Of a stretch of DNA of 64,000 nt, positions 53,298 to 63,580 are shown in pieces. The notes under the pieces were generated by a model, which was not told the origin of the DNA, did not search any database, and saw only the letters and a list, made by a program, of their open reading frames with translations. Source of the DNA: an uncultured Alphaproteobacteria bacterium (GTDB taxonomy: Bacteria > Pseudomonadota > Alphaproteobacteria > HIMB59 > GCA-002718135); contig CACBDX010000001.1 of the NCBI GenBank assembly GCA_902538155.1, positions 19,301 through 83,300 of the forward strand. The letters run 5' to 3'. Made by a program: the position numbers and the translations under genes. How positions within the stretch are numbered: position 1 is the first letter of the stretch; every line of letters begins with the position of its first letter.

Positions 53298-55403
53298 TTA
53301 TAGAGATATTGCAGCTAAAAGTAAAAGTGCAACAATATTTGTAATTTTGATCATAGGATTAACTGCAGGACCTGCAGTATCTTTATAGGGATCACCAACA
53401 GTATCACCTGTTACAGCAGCTTTGTGTGCTTCACTACCTTTACCTCCATGATTACCATCTTCAATATATTTTTTTGCGTTATCCCATGCTCCACCACCTG
53501 CAGTCATACTTATAGCAACAAATAAACCAGTTATAATAACTCCAAGTAATAGTGCTCCTAAACATGATAAAGCTGCTGCTTGACCAGCTATAAATAATAT
53601 AACTAAATAGACAACAATAGGTGATAATACAGGCAACATTGATGGTACAATCATCTCTTTAATTGCAGACTTTGTTAGTATATCAACACACGTACCATAT
53701 TCTGGCTTACCCTTACCTTCCATGATACCGGGAATCTCTTTAAACTGTCTTCTTACTTCTAAAACTACTGAGCCAGCTGCTCTACCAACTGCAGTCATAC
53801 TTAAAGCACCAAATAAGAAAGGCAGTAGTCCTCCTAGCAATAAGCCAACAACTACGTAAGGATTGGATAAATCAAAAGAAACTTCTATTCCATATAAAGG
53901 ACTTCCTGGATCTTTAGCAAAATGATCAAGATCTTCTGTATAAGCTGCAAATAGAACTAACGCACCTAAACCTGCTGACCCTATTGCATAACCCTTGGTT
54001 ACAGCTTTAGTTGTATTACCAACTGCATCAAGCGCATCAGTTGTCTTTCTTACATTCTCATCTAAGTTTGACATTTCTGCAATGCCCCCTGCATTATCTG
54101 TTACAGGTCCGTATGCGTCTAGTGCAACAACCATACCAGCTAAGGCTAACATAGTTGTAACAGCAATAGCTATACCAAATAAACCAGCTAGTGAATAAGT
54201 GGATATAATACCAGCCACAATAATTAAAGCTGGCAAAGCAGTTGCTTCCAAGCTTATTGCAAGACCTTGTATTACATTTGTTCCATGGCCAGTTGTAGAT
54301 GATTGAGCAATACTTTGAACTGGTCTGTAATTTGTACCTGTATAGTATTCAGTTACCCATATGATTAAGCCTGTTATAATCAGACCTAATAAACCACATA
54401 TAAAAAGTGACATTCCAGTAAATTGTGTAGATGTACCCTCAACAACTAAAACAGTATTTAAGCCTACTATATAGTCAGTTACAAAATATAATAATATTGC
54501 TGATAAAATAGCAGAAACGGCAAAACCTCTGTAAAGAGCTGCCATGATATTATTATTTTTTCCAAGCTTAACAAAATAAGTACCAATTATACTAGTTAGA
54601 GCACAAACTCCTGCAATAGCTAAAGGAAAAATCATCATTGTATAGGAATTTTCTATAAAAAAAATAGAAGCTAAAACCATTGTTGCTACAACTGTAACAA
54701 CGTAAGTTTCAAAAAGATCTGCAGCCATACCTGCACAATCACCAACGTTATCACCAACGTTGTCAGCAATAACAGCAGGATTTCTTGGATCATCTTCAGG
54801 GATACCAGCTTCTACTTTACCAACTAAATCTGCACCAACATCAGCACCCTTAGTAAAAATACCACCGCCTAGTCTTGCAAATATTGAAATTAATGAAGCG
54901 CCAAATCCTAAAGAGACTAAAGGAGCTACAATCTCTCTACCCGGAAATGAACCAGAGTTGTGCAAAACAAAATAAAAGATAGCAATAGAAAGAAGTGCAA
55001 ATCCTGCAACAAGCATTCCAGTTACAGCACCTGCCTTAAATGATACTGATAAACCTTCGGCTAAGCTATTACTTGCAGCATGCGTCGTACGTACATTAGA
55101 TCTGACCGATATATTCATTCCAACATAACCTGCAGCACCAGAGAAAAATGCTCCAATCAAAAAACCAATTCCAGATGCCAAATCAAAAACTATCCATATA
55201 AGAGCAAAAATAACAGCTCCCACAATTGCTATTGTCATGTACTGTCTGTTTAAATAAGCTCTAGCACCTTCTTGAATTGCGCCAGCAATTTCTTGCATTT
55301 TATCATTTCCAGAACCAAGTGATAAAATTTGCCTAGATGTTACTAGACCATATAGTACGGCTGCTAGACCGCATAAAACAATTAATACTTGCAGTGTTGT
55401 CAT
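53298..55403 (-). CDS. hppA: membrane-bound H+-translocating pyrophosphatase, K+-independent type
   Basis: 701 aa. Contains [25 protein letters not shown] (Lys marks the K+-independent type) and [20 protein letters not shown] Shine-Dalgarno 6 nt upstream. Confidence 0.95.
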   Translation of the reverse strand: MTTLQVLIVLCGLAAVLYGLVTSRQILSLGSGNDKMQEIAGAIQEGARAYLNRQYMTIAIVGAVIFALIWIVFDLASGIGFLIGAFFSGAAGYVGMNISVRSNVRTTHAASNSLAEGLSVSFKAGAVTGMLVAGFALLSIAIFYFVLHNSGSFPGREIVAPLVSLGFGASLISIFARLGGGIFTKGADVGADLVGKVEAGIPEDDPRNPAVIADNVGDNVGDCAGMAADLFETYVVTVVATMVLASIFFIENSYTMMIFPLAIAGVCALTSIIGTYFVKLGKNNNIMAALYRGFAVSAILSAILLYFVTDYIVGLNTVLVVEGTSTQFTGMSLFICGLLGLIITGLIIWVTEYYTGTNYRPVQSIAQSSTTGHGTNVIQGLAISLEATALPALIIVAGIISTYSLAGLFGIAIAVTTMLALAGMVVALDAYGPVTDNAGGIAEMSNLDENVRKTTDALDAVGNTTKAVTKGYAIGSAGLGALVLFAAYTEDLDHFAKDPGSPLYGIEVSFDLSNPYVVVGLLLGGLLPFLFGALSMTAVGRAAGSVVLEVRRQFKEIPGIMEGKGKPEYGTCVDILTKSAIKEMIVPSMLPVLSPIVVYLVILFIAGQAAALSCLGALLLGVIITGLFVAISMTAGGGAWDNAKKYIEDGNHGGKGSEAHKAAVTGDTVGDPYKDTAGPAVNPMIKITNIVALLLLAAISL

Positions 55404-55460
55404 TGAAAACTCCTTAAAATTTTGGCTGATATGTCAGAAACTTTAGAAAAAATCAAGTTT

Positions 55461-56441
55461 TTAGGAGAAATGATCAAATTTCTTGATATTCTTAATGTCT
55501 AAATGTGAATCGAAATGAATTCCTTTTTCACTTATAATTTTTCCTATCAAAGTAACATTAATATTATTTTTATTAGCAATATTAAAAATTTTATTTCTAT
55601 TTTTTTGACTGGATATGATTATCAGTTCATAATCATCTCCAGCATTTAAAAGATCTTCTAATCTAATATTATTTTTATTATTGAGAATTTTTTTTGTTTT
55701 AACACTTAATGGGATTTTATTTACATTAATTAATGCTCCATACTTATCATTTAACATATCAGTTAAATCTCCAATTAGACCATCAGAAACATCTTTCATT
55801 GAATTAACATGATTTGCAATCAATGGTCCAAGTTTACAAGGTATTGGATATAAATATTTTTTAATAAAATATTGCTTCAAATTTATATTTGATGAAATTT
55901 TTTTTTTTAAAATTTCTAAACCAATCTTTGATTCGCCAATATTGCCAGTTATTAAAATATCATCGTATAAATTAAATTTATTTTGAAATATTTCTAATTT
56001 CTTTTTTATAGATCCAAAAAAAGTTGAAGAAACAATAAGTTTATTTGATTTTGATAAATCACCACCCAAAAGATAAAATCCGAATTTATTTTGAATTTTC
56101 TTTAATTGATTTGAAAATGAATTTAACCAATTTTCATTAATATGATTTGGTAAATGCAAATTCAAAAGATAAGAATGGGGCACAGCTCCCATAGCAAAAA
56201 TGTCAGATAAATTAACAGTTGTAATTTTCTGTGCTATTGACTTAGGATCATCTTTAGAGAAAAAATCTATATCTTCAGAAATATTATCAGTCGTAACAGT
56301 TAGTTTATAATTTTTACTGATTACATCTAAATATGCTCCATCATTTTCAAAATCAAATGTTCCCTTATTTTTAAAATTTAATTTTTTTAAATATTTATTA
56401 ATTATTAATTTTTCAGATAAATTATTTTTTATCAATTTCAT
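55461..56441 (-). CDS. thiL: thiamine-monophosphate kinase
   Basis: 326 aa. AIR-synthase-like fold with ATP-binding pattern DVSDGLIGDL and GDDYELI. Confidence 0.8.
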   Translation of the reverse strand: MKLIKNNLSEKLIINKYLKKLNFKNKGTFDFENDGAYLDVISKNYKLTVTTDNISEDIDFFSKDDPKSIAQKITTVNLSDIFAMGAVPHSYLLNLHLPNHINENWLNSFSNQLKKIQNKFGFYLLGGDLSKSNKLIVSSTFFGSIKKKLEIFQNKFNLYDDILITGNIGESKIGLEILKKKISSNINLKQYFIKKYLYPIPCKLGPLIANHVNSMKDVSDGLIGDLTDMLNDKYGALINVNKIPLSVKTKKILNNKNNIRLEDLLNAGDDYELIIISSQKNRNKIFNIANKNNINVTLIGKIISEKGIHFDSHLDIKNIKKFDHFS

Positions 56442-56892
56442 TTTTATCTACATATTTTTGAATTATAGCATTAATTAATTTAGTTTCTTTTTGAGACACA
56501 AGACTTTTACTAATATTCAAATAGTCATTAAGAACAATTTTAAATTTATTTTTATCTGTAATTTTTAATTCAGTAATAATTGCAAATATTAATGATTTTA
56601 AAATATTATCCCATTTTTCAAATCTACGATTAATATCAATAAAACCATTTAAATCTTCAGTGATATTTTTTTTATCAATATTATTTTTAAGACTAGAAAA
56701 AAGTTTATTTAGAAAATTTTTATTAAATCTAAGCTTAAATTCTTTTTTTTCATCAATTATCGCAATATTAGTATCATAAAAATGCTTTTGAAAATCTTCA
56801 ATACTCTCTAAAGATTCTGTACTTATGAATTCATTCTGAAAAATATATTGCACAAATGCAAGTCTTGTTTGTGACTTGATGTAATTTTGCAT
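56422..56892 (-). CDS. nusB: transcription antitermination factor NusB
   Basis: 156 aa. Begins SQTRLAFVQYIFQ. Sits between ribH and thiL, the conserved ribH-nusB-thiL order. Confidence 0.75.
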   Translation of the reverse strand: MQNYIKSQTRLAFVQYIFQNEFISTESLESIEDFQKHFYDTNIAIIDEKKEFKLRFNKNFLNKLFSSLKNNIDKKNITEDLNGFIDINRRFEKWDNILKSLIFAIITELKITDKNKFKIVLNDYLNISKSLVSQKETKLINAIIQKYVDKNEIDKK

Positions 56893-56895
56893 TTT

Positions 56896-57297
56896 TTATT
56901 TTAGTATCTCTATGCAAGCTAATGCAGCTTCTTGACCTTTATTTTTTTGATTAATATCACTTCTTATTATTGCTTGCTCTAAATCATAACATGTTAAGAT
57001 ACCAAAACCAATTGGAACATTAAACTCAACAGATAAATCCATAATTTTTCTAGAAGTTTCATTAGCAATAACTTCAAAATGATATGTGTCACCTTTAATG
57101 ATACATCCCAAAGAAATAAATCCTTTAAAATTGTCTATATTTTTTTTTATTAAATAGGGAATTTCAAAACAACCTGGTGCATTAATAATTTCATACTCAT
57201 AACCATTTTCTTTAAGTGTTTTGCTTGCACCCAATTCAAGGTTTTTCGATATTTCTTTATAATAATTTGCGGAAACTATTAGAATTTTATTATTCAT
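56896..57297 (-). CDS. ribH: 6,7-dimethyl-8-ribityllumazine synthase
   Basis: 133 aa. Contains PGCFEIP, LGCIIKGDTYHFE and the operon context. Confidence 0.85.
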   Translation of the reverse strand: MNNKILIVSANYYKEISKNLELGASKTLKENGYEYEIINAPGCFEIPYLIKKNIDNFKGFISLGCIIKGDTYHFEVIANETSRKIMDLSVEFNVPIGFGILTCYDLEQAIIRSDINQKNKGQEAALACIEILK

Positions 57298-58397
57298 ATT
57301 TTTCTCTGATCAACTATTTCAATATTAAATCCATCCAAGGCAATAATTCTTTTCTTAGTATTTGTTAATAATATAATTTTATTTATTTGAAGTAATGATA
57401 AAATCTGAGCACCTACACCATATTCTCTTAATTCTAATTTATTTTTTGATCTTTTTCTTTTATTAAAAGTTTTGAGTATATTTGGTGACATGTCACTATT
57501 TATTAAAACTATAGCTCCTGATCCATTCTTCTCTATAAGCTGAAAGGCAGACTTAATTTCACTTCCAAAAATATTTTTTTCTTCAAATATATCCTTTGTG
57601 ACATCTAATCTGTGCATTCTAACAAGCACAGGTTGCTTTACATCACTTAAATTTTTTACTAGAGCGTAATGCTTTTCACCAGAAATAGTATTTTGAAATA
57701 CTTTAAGAGTAAATTGTGACCCCATCTCACTTTCGAATGGCCTTTCGGAGATCTGTTCGACAATTTTAGTTTTTTTAAGTCTAAACTTAATTAAATCACT
57801 AACCGTTCCTACTTTCAAATTATGTAATTTTGCAAACTTGATAATTTCTGGTAATCTTGCCATAGATCCATCTTCGCTCATAATCTCACAAATAACGCCA
57901 GAATGATTTAAATCTGCAAGTTTTGAAATATCAACTGCTGCCTCTGTATGACCAGCACGTACTAAAACACCACCATCCCAAGCCATAAGAGGAAAAACGT
58001 GTCCAGGATAAACAAGATCATTCTTGTTTCTATTATTATTTACAGCTACTGATATTGTATGAGCTCTATCAGCTGCAGATATTCCAGTTGTTACTCCTTC
58101 TTTTGCTTCAATCGAAACAGTAAAAGCAGTTAAATCATTTTTTATATTACTTGGGTTCATTAAGGGAAGTTCTAATTCTTCTATTCTATCCTTAGTTAAT
58201 GCTAAACAAATTAATCCCCTTCCATGCTTTGCCATAAAATTAATAGTTTGAGGGCTAGCATATTGAGCTGGAATGATTAAATCACCTTCATTTTCTCTAT
58301 CAGGATCATCAACAAGAATATACATTTTACCATTTCTTGCATCTTCTATGATTTCTTCAATAGAAGATAAACTATCTTCAATGTTATCTTTATTCAT
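57294..58397 (-). CDS. ribB: 3,4-dihydroxy-2-butanone-4-phosphate synthase fused to a degenerate GTP cyclohydrolase II-like domain (RibBX-type)
   Basis: DHBP synthase block DDPDRENEGDLI..HTEAAVD. The C-terminal domain keeps REYGVGAQIL but lacks the Zn-binding Cys triad. The preferred ATG at 58397 forms an ATGA-type overlap with the ribE stop. Confidence 0.8.
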   Translation of the reverse strand: MNKDNIEDSLSSIEEIIEDARNGKMYILVDDPDRENEGDLIIPAQYASPQTINFMAKHGRGLICLALTKDRIEELELPLMNPSNIKNDLTAFTVSIEAKEGVTTGISAADRAHTISVAVNNNRNKNDLVYPGHVFPLMAWDGGVLVRAGHTEAAVDISKLADLNHSGVICEIMSEDGSMARLPEIIKFAKLHNLKVGTVSDLIKFRLKKTKIVEQISERPFESEMGSQFTLKVFQNTISGEKHYALVKNLSDVKQPVLVRMHRLDVTKDIFEEKNIFGSEIKSAFQLIEKNGSGAIVLINSDMSPNILKTFNKRKRSKNKLELREYGVGAQILSLLQINKIILLTNTKKRIIALDGFNIEIVDQRKI

Positions 58398-58980
58398 TGT
58401 TAAGGATAAAGCGTGCAAGATAATCAAATTCAATATTTACTTGATCACTTTTTTTTAAAAATTTTAAATTAGTATGATGAAATGTATGATCAATGACAGA
58501 AATCATAAAAGTATTATTTTCTACTTTTGCTACTGTTAAAGAAATACCATTTATTGAAATAGATCCTTTTTCAACAATAAATCTATTGTTTTTACTAAAT
58601 TTTTTTTCAAAATGATATTCCCAACTATTTTCAAGTTCTAAAATTTCACTAACGACAGTTGTAGTGTCAACATGACCATAAACAAAGTGGCCACTGATTT
58701 CGTCACCTATCTGAAGAGATTTTTCCAAATTAATATTTTCATTTTTTAAAATAGAATTAGCAAGATTTGTTCTTTTCAAAGTTTCTTCTCCTATGTTCAC
58801 ATCAAAGCTAAATGAATTGTTGTTTGATGGAGTTATATTTTTTGCTGTAAGACACACTCCATTACAAGAAATTGAAGAACCTTCCTTACAATTACTCAAA
58901 TCAAGATTCGTAGATATTTGGTAAAGTCCCACATCTTTGTTTTTTATTGTTCCTAAATCTTGAATAATACCTGTAAACAT
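58390..58980 (-). CDS. ribE: riboflavin synthase alpha chain
   Basis: 196 aa. Begins MFTGIIQDLG. Has the duplicated lumazine-binding repeats GSSISCNGVCLT / GSISINGISLT. Confidence 0.9.
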   Translation of the reverse strand: MFTGIIQDLGTIKNKDVGLYQISTNLDLSNCKEGSSISCNGVCLTAKNITPSNNNSFSFDVNIGEETLKRTNLANSILKNENINLEKSLQIGDEISGHFVYGHVDTTTVVSEILELENSWEYHFEKKFSKNNRFIVEKGSISINGISLTVAKVENNTFMISVIDHTFHHTNLKFLKKSDQVNIEFDYLARFILNNE

Positions 58981-60062
58981 TAATTCACCTGATAGTTTGA
59001 ATATATGTCATCTTTGAATTTTTTTCTTTCATTTAAAGATAAATTTAATTGACTGAGTTTTTTTCCAACAATTGCTGGCTTACCATGTTTTCCTATAATA
59101 ATTTTGGATTTAAATAAATGAATTTCATCTACTAAATTTTTATTTAACAATTCTGTAAAAAAAATACCCCCTGCTTCTACTAATAAATCTGATATTTTTA
59201 ATGAGTATATTTTACTAAAAATATATTTTAAATTTAGTTTTTTGTTCTTATTTAATTTACAAAAAATAATTTCACATCCTAATTTAATTAAATTTTCAGA
59301 TTTTTTATTTTTTTTAGAAGTAAAGATAATAATTCTTTTTTTCGATATATCTTTTAAGATTTTTGATTTCATTGGTATTTTTAGACTATTATCAATTATT
59401 ATAATTGGAATATGTTGCTCTAAAGTTTTTTTTAATCTTATAGTTAATTTCGGATCATCTTTTATTACAGTTTTTGAAGTAGTTAAAATAGCTTGACTCA
59501 TTGATCTTAACTTATGCGCATATTCTCTACTTGATTTATTAGATATCCATTTACTTTTATAATCATGCCATGCAATTTTTTCATCTGAAGAAGTTGCCAT
59601 TTTGACTTTTGTAAATGGTTTTTTCTTTAAAACACTTTTAAAAAAAAATTTATTTAAATTATATGTTCTATTCTTTTCTAAACCTACATTTACAATTACA
59701 TTATTTTTTTTTAACTTTTTAATACTTTTATAATTAGTTCTAACATCTGGATCAGCCGCAGATATAAATATTTCTTTAATTCCTGATCTTAATATTTGAT
59801 CTGTACATGATCCATCTTTTGAACTATGAAAACATGGTTCTAAAGTAACATACATTGAAGCTCCTTTAGCTTTATGACCAGCTTTAGCTAGAGCTATTTC
59901 TTCGGCATGAGGCCTTCCAGATTTATTCGTTACAGCTTTAGAGATTATTTTTGAATTTTTTGCAATTACACAGCCCACTGTGGGATTAGGGAAAGTTTTT
60001 CCAAATTTTTTTTTAGCAATATCATGCGCTAAATTAATCATCTTTACATTTTGTTGAGACAC
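58980..60062 (-). CDS. ribD: bifunctional diaminohydroxyphosphoribosylaminopyrimidine deaminase / 5-amino-6-(5-phosphoribosylamino)uracil reductase
   Basis: 360 aa. Deaminase Zn motif HAEEIAL..TLEPC. Confidence 0.9.
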   Translation of the reverse strand: MSQQNVKMINLAHDIAKKKFGKTFPNPTVGCVIAKNSKIISKAVTNKSGRPHAEEIALAKAGHKAKGASMYVTLEPCFHSSKDGSCTDQILRSGIKEIFISAADPDVRTNYKSIKKLKKNNVIVNVGLEKNRTYNLNKFFFKSVLKKKPFTKVKMATSSDEKIAWHDYKSKWISNKSSREYAHKLRSMSQAILTTSKTVIKDDPKLTIRLKKTLEQHIPIIIIDNSLKIPMKSKILKDISKKRIIIFTSKKNKKSENLIKLGCEIIFCKLNKNKKLNLKYIFSKIYSLKISDLLVEAGGIFFTELLNKNLVDEIHLFKSKIIIGKHGKPAIVGKKLSQLNLSLNERKKFKDDIYSNYQVN

Positions 60063-60068
60063 TAAAAA

Positions 60069-60521
60069 TTATTTATCTTCTAAATTACCTAAGAAATCTT
60101 CAAAATCTTTTGCTTCTCTAAAATTTTTGTAAACAGATGCAAATCTGACGTATGCTACCTGATCTAAATGCATTAAAGCTTCCATAATGTACTGACCAAT
60201 AATATTAGATTTTATATCAGTTTCACCTGAGTTTTCTAATTTTCTTACAATAGCATTAACAATTTTTTCAATTTTTTCATTATCAACATTTCTTTTTCTT
60301 AAAGCTAAAGAGAGAGATCTATACATTTTATCTCTATCAAAATTTTCTTTTTGACCGTTACTTTTCATTACGACCAAATCTCTTAGCTGAATTCTCTCAA
60401 AAGTTGTAAATCTAGAGCCGCAAGCATCACAAACTCTTCTTCTTCTTATAGATGTATTATCTTCTGTAGGTCTTGAGTCTTTTACTTGTGTATCTTCATT
60501 ACTACAGAAGGGGCATCTCAT
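60069..60521 (-). CDS. nrdR: transcriptional repressor NrdR
   Basis: 150 aa. Begins [29 protein letters not shown], followed by an ATP-cone domain. Confidence 0.95.
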   Translation of the reverse strand: MRCPFCSNEDTQVKDSRPTEDNTSIRRRRVCDACGSRFTTFERIQLRDLVVMKSNGQKENFDRDKMYRSLSLALRKRNVDNEKIEKIVNAIVRKLENSGETDIKSNIIGQYIMEALMHLDQVAYVRFASVYKNFREAKDFEDFLGNLEDK

Positions 60522-61811
60522 TTAAAATGCCTCACTATAAATTGGATATTTTTTGCAAAGCTCAATTACATCTTTTCTTGTTTTATTAAAAACTACATTT
60601 CTCTCATTTTCTTCAAGTAAAAGACTATCCAAAATATCAGCAATCATATTTCCAACTTGTTCAAAGTCTTTCTGATTAAAACCTCTGGTCGTAGCAGCTG
60701 CTGTACCAAATCTAAGTCCACTAGTTATTTTTGGTGGATTAGGATCATATGGAATTGCATTTTTGTTACATGCCAATCCAACTTCTTCTAAAATTTTTTC
60801 AGCTTTGTCACCAGTCAAACCTTTTGGTGTCAAGTCTAACCAAACTATATGTGAATCTGTGCCTCCTGTAACAATTCTAAATCCTCTATCAACTAAAGTT
60901 TTTGCCATAACTTTAGCACTAGCAATTACATTTTTAATATATTCTTCGAATTCAGGTTTAAGTGCTTCACCAAAGCAAACAGCTCTAGCTGCAATTACAT
61001 GCATTAGTGGACCACCTTGTAATCCTGGGAAAACAGCAGAATTAATTTTTTTATATAAATCTTCATGATTAGTTAAAATCATTGCACTTCTTGCGCCTCT
61101 TAAAGTTTTGTGAGTTGTTGAAGTTACTACATGGGCATGCTCAATCGGATTTGGATATTGTTTACCAGCAACCAAACCAGAATAGTGAGCCATATCAACT
61201 AAAAAATATGCTCCTACTTTATCAGCTATTTCTCTAAATTTTTTCCAATCTATTGTTCTAGGATAGGCGGATGCTCCCGCTATTATCATTTTTGGTTTAT
61301 GCTCTAAAGCTAAAGCTTCAACTTCATCATAATCAATTAAATCTTTATCATTGCCATCTTTTTTTACACCATATTGAACAGCATTAAACCATTTACCAGA
61401 TAGATTAGGTTTTGCTCCATGAGTTAAGTGACCGCCTGATGCAAGAGACATACCTAAAATAGTATCATGTGGTTGAAGTAACGCTAGAAAGACCGCTTGG
61501 TTTGCCTGTGCTCCACTATGCGGTTGTAGATTTGCAAATTTACAATTAAAAAGTTTTTTAACTCTTTCTAAAGCAATTTCTTCAGCTTGATCAACAAATT
61601 CACACCCACCATAATATCGTTTACCAGGATAACCTTCTGCATATTTATTTGTCATGACAGAGCCTTGAGCATTTAAAATTGATCTTGAAGCAATATTTTC
61701 AGATGCTATTAATTCTATTTGGTTTTGCTGTCTTTCTAGTTCACGGCTTAAAGTCCCATAAACCTCTGGGTCTGCTTCTTTAATTCCTTTAGTAAACAAA
61801 TCTGAAATCAT
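60522..61811 (-). CDS. glyA: serine hydroxymethyltransferase
   Basis: 429 aa. Contains [17 protein letters not shown] and [14 protein letters not shown]. Confidence 0.95.
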   Translation of the reverse strand: MISDLFTKGIKEADPEVYGTLSRELERQQNQIELIASENIASRSILNAQGSVMTNKYAEGYPGKRYYGGCEFVDQAEEIALERVKKLFNCKFANLQPHSGAQANQAVFLALLQPHDTILGMSLASGGHLTHGAKPNLSGKWFNAVQYGVKKDGNDKDLIDYDEVEALALEHKPKMIIAGASAYPRTIDWKKFREIADKVGAYFLVDMAHYSGLVAGKQYPNPIEHAHVVTSTTHKTLRGARSAMILTNHEDLYKKINSAVFPGLQGGPLMHVIAARAVCFGEALKPEFEEYIKNVIASAKVMAKTLVDRGFRIVTGGTDSHIVWLDLTPKGLTGDKAEKILEEVGLACNKNAIPYDPNPPKITSGLRFGTAAATTRGFNQKDFEQVGNMIADILDSLLLEENERNVVFNKTRKDVIELCKKYPIYSEAF

Positions 61812-62227
61812 ATTTTTTTAATCCTTCTTTTATGTCGTCCTGACTCAAACTTTGTAGAAAGAAAAGCCTGAACACTTTTTTTTGCCTCGCTAGTATTTAT
61901 AAATCTACCTGGTAAAACAAGTACATTAGCATCATTGTGCTTTCTTATCAATCTTGCTATTTTTGAATTATTAGCAAGACCAGCCCTAATTCCTTTTTTT
62001 CTATTAGCAGCAATACTCATACCAACACCAGTTCCACAGATTAGAATACCAACGTTTTTCTTATTCTTAAGAACTTCTCTTGTTAATTTGTGTGCAAAAT
62101 CAGGATAGTCAACACTCTTATCTGTCTTTGTTCCTAAATCATTAATTTTCGGAAAATTCTCTAACAATTTAGTTTTGAGATCAAATCCAGCATGGTCTGA
62201 GGCAATGTATATATTCTTATTTTGCAT
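61808..62227 (-). CDS. rpiB: ribose-5-phosphate isomerase B
   Basis: 139 aa. Contains [11 protein letters not shown] and [17 protein letters not shown]. Confidence 0.9.
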   Translation of the reverse strand: MQNKNIYIASDHAGFDLKTKLLENFPKINDLGTKTDKSVDYPDFAHKLTREVLKNKKNVGILICGTGVGMSIAANRKKGIRAGLANNSKIARLIRKHNDANVLVLPGRFINTSEAKKSVQAFLSTKFESGRHKRRIKKI

Positions 62228-62278
62228 AATAATTTTTGTGGTTATTTACATTAAAATGATGATATTGGCTAATATTGT

Positions 62279-63454
62279 ATGAAAGAAAATAATTGGTTTG
62301 ATCCATTTTATATTCAAAGTCATTTAAGTGAAGAAGAAAATAATATTCAGAAAAATGTTAGGGATTTTTGTAATTATGAACTGAAACCTTCAGTAGTTGA
62401 AAGAAACAGAAAAAATGAATTTGATCAAAGCCTCTATCCAAAGTTTGGGTCACTTGGAGTTTTAGGGCAAACAGTTAAAACACACGGTGGTTCTGGTACA
62501 TCAAATTTAGCGTATGGACTTGTAGCTTATGAATTTGAAAAAATAGATAGTAGCTATAGATCTTCAATATCGGTTCAATCTTCCCTCGTAATACATCCAA
62601 TTAATGAATTTGGGTCGCAAGAACAAAAAGATAAATATCTTCCTCAATTAATTAAAGGAGAAAAAATTGGTTGCTTTGGTTTAACAGAGAGCGAGGCTGG
62701 TTCTGATCCTGCTTCAATGAAAACTTCATTTAAAAAAACTAAAGATGGATATATTTTAAATGGATCTAAAAACTGGATTACTAATGCACCAATTGCTGAT
62801 ATATTTATTATTTGGGCAATTGAAGAAAATAAAGATCACAAAAGTATCAAAGGTTTTATAATTGAAAAAAATACTGAAGGATTAAATACTTCAACAATAG
62901 AAAATAAAACGAGCTTAAAAATCAGTCCAACTGGGCAAATAATTTTAAATAATGTTTTTGTTCCAAGTAATTTGTGTTTAGAAAATACCGAAGGATGGAA
63001 ATCAGTTTTTAGTTGTCTTAATAAAGCAAGATTTGGAATTAGCTGGGGAGTATTAGGTTCAGCGTCTGAATGCTGGTTAATTGCGAAAGACTATGTAGAA
63101 AATAGAATTATGTTTAAAAAACCTTTAGCATCAAATCAATTAATTCAAAAAAAATTATCTGAAATGCAAATAGAGATAAATCTAGGACTGGCATCATGTC
63201 TTTTAAGCTCTAAAGCTTTAGATGAAGGAAAAGATATCATTAATGCAATTAGTATTTTAAAAAAAAATAACTGCAAAAAATCTTTAGACATAATTAGAAA
63301 TGCTCGTGATATGCTTGGGGCAAATGGCTTATTAGAAGAATATCATATCATGAGACATTTGGTTAATTTAGAAACTGTTAAAACTTACGAAGGCGCAGAG
63401 GATATTCATTCACTTATTTTAGGAAAAAATCAGACTGGAATATCTAGTTTTTAG
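62279..63454 (+). CDS. gcdH: glutaryl-CoA dehydrogenase-like acyl-CoA dehydrogenase
   Basis: 391 aa. Contains GCFGLTESEAGSDP, TYEGAEDIH and a GCDH-like N-terminus DPFYIQSHLSEEE. Confidence 0.75.
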   Translation: MKENNWFDPFYIQSHLSEEENNIQKNVRDFCNYELKPSVVERNRKNEFDQSLYPKFGSLGVLGQTVKTHGGSGTSNLAYGLVAYEFEKIDSSYRSSISVQSSLVIHPINEFGSQEQKDKYLPQLIKGEKIGCFGLTESEAGSDPASMKTSFKKTKDGYILNGSKNWITNAPIADIFIIWAIEENKDHKSIKGFIIEKNTEGLNTSTIENKTSLKISPTGQIILNNVFVPSNLCLENTEGWKSVFSCLNKARFGISWGVLGSASECWLIAKDYVENRIMFKKPLASNQLIQKKLSEMQIEINLGLASCLLSSKALDEGKDIINAISILKKNNCKKSLDIIRNARDMLGANGLLEEYHIMRHLVNLETVKTYEGAEDIHSLILGKNQTGISSF

Positions 63455-63580
63455 AATAATTAAGAATTTAAAAGGTTTGAATTACTAGATTTTGTTAATA
63501 TTTAATATCATTAGAAATTGATACAAATACGTTTTTTGTATAAATTTCAGTCATAAATTCATATTATCTCGGGAGGACAT

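Noticed and set aside
53995-54975. Plus-strand ORFs of 67 and 71 aa within hppA
   Set aside because: They are antisense to a 701-aa pyrophosphatase with all its signature motifs intact. The Ala/Pro/Ser-rich translations are typical of the reverse frame of a GC-richer membrane gene.
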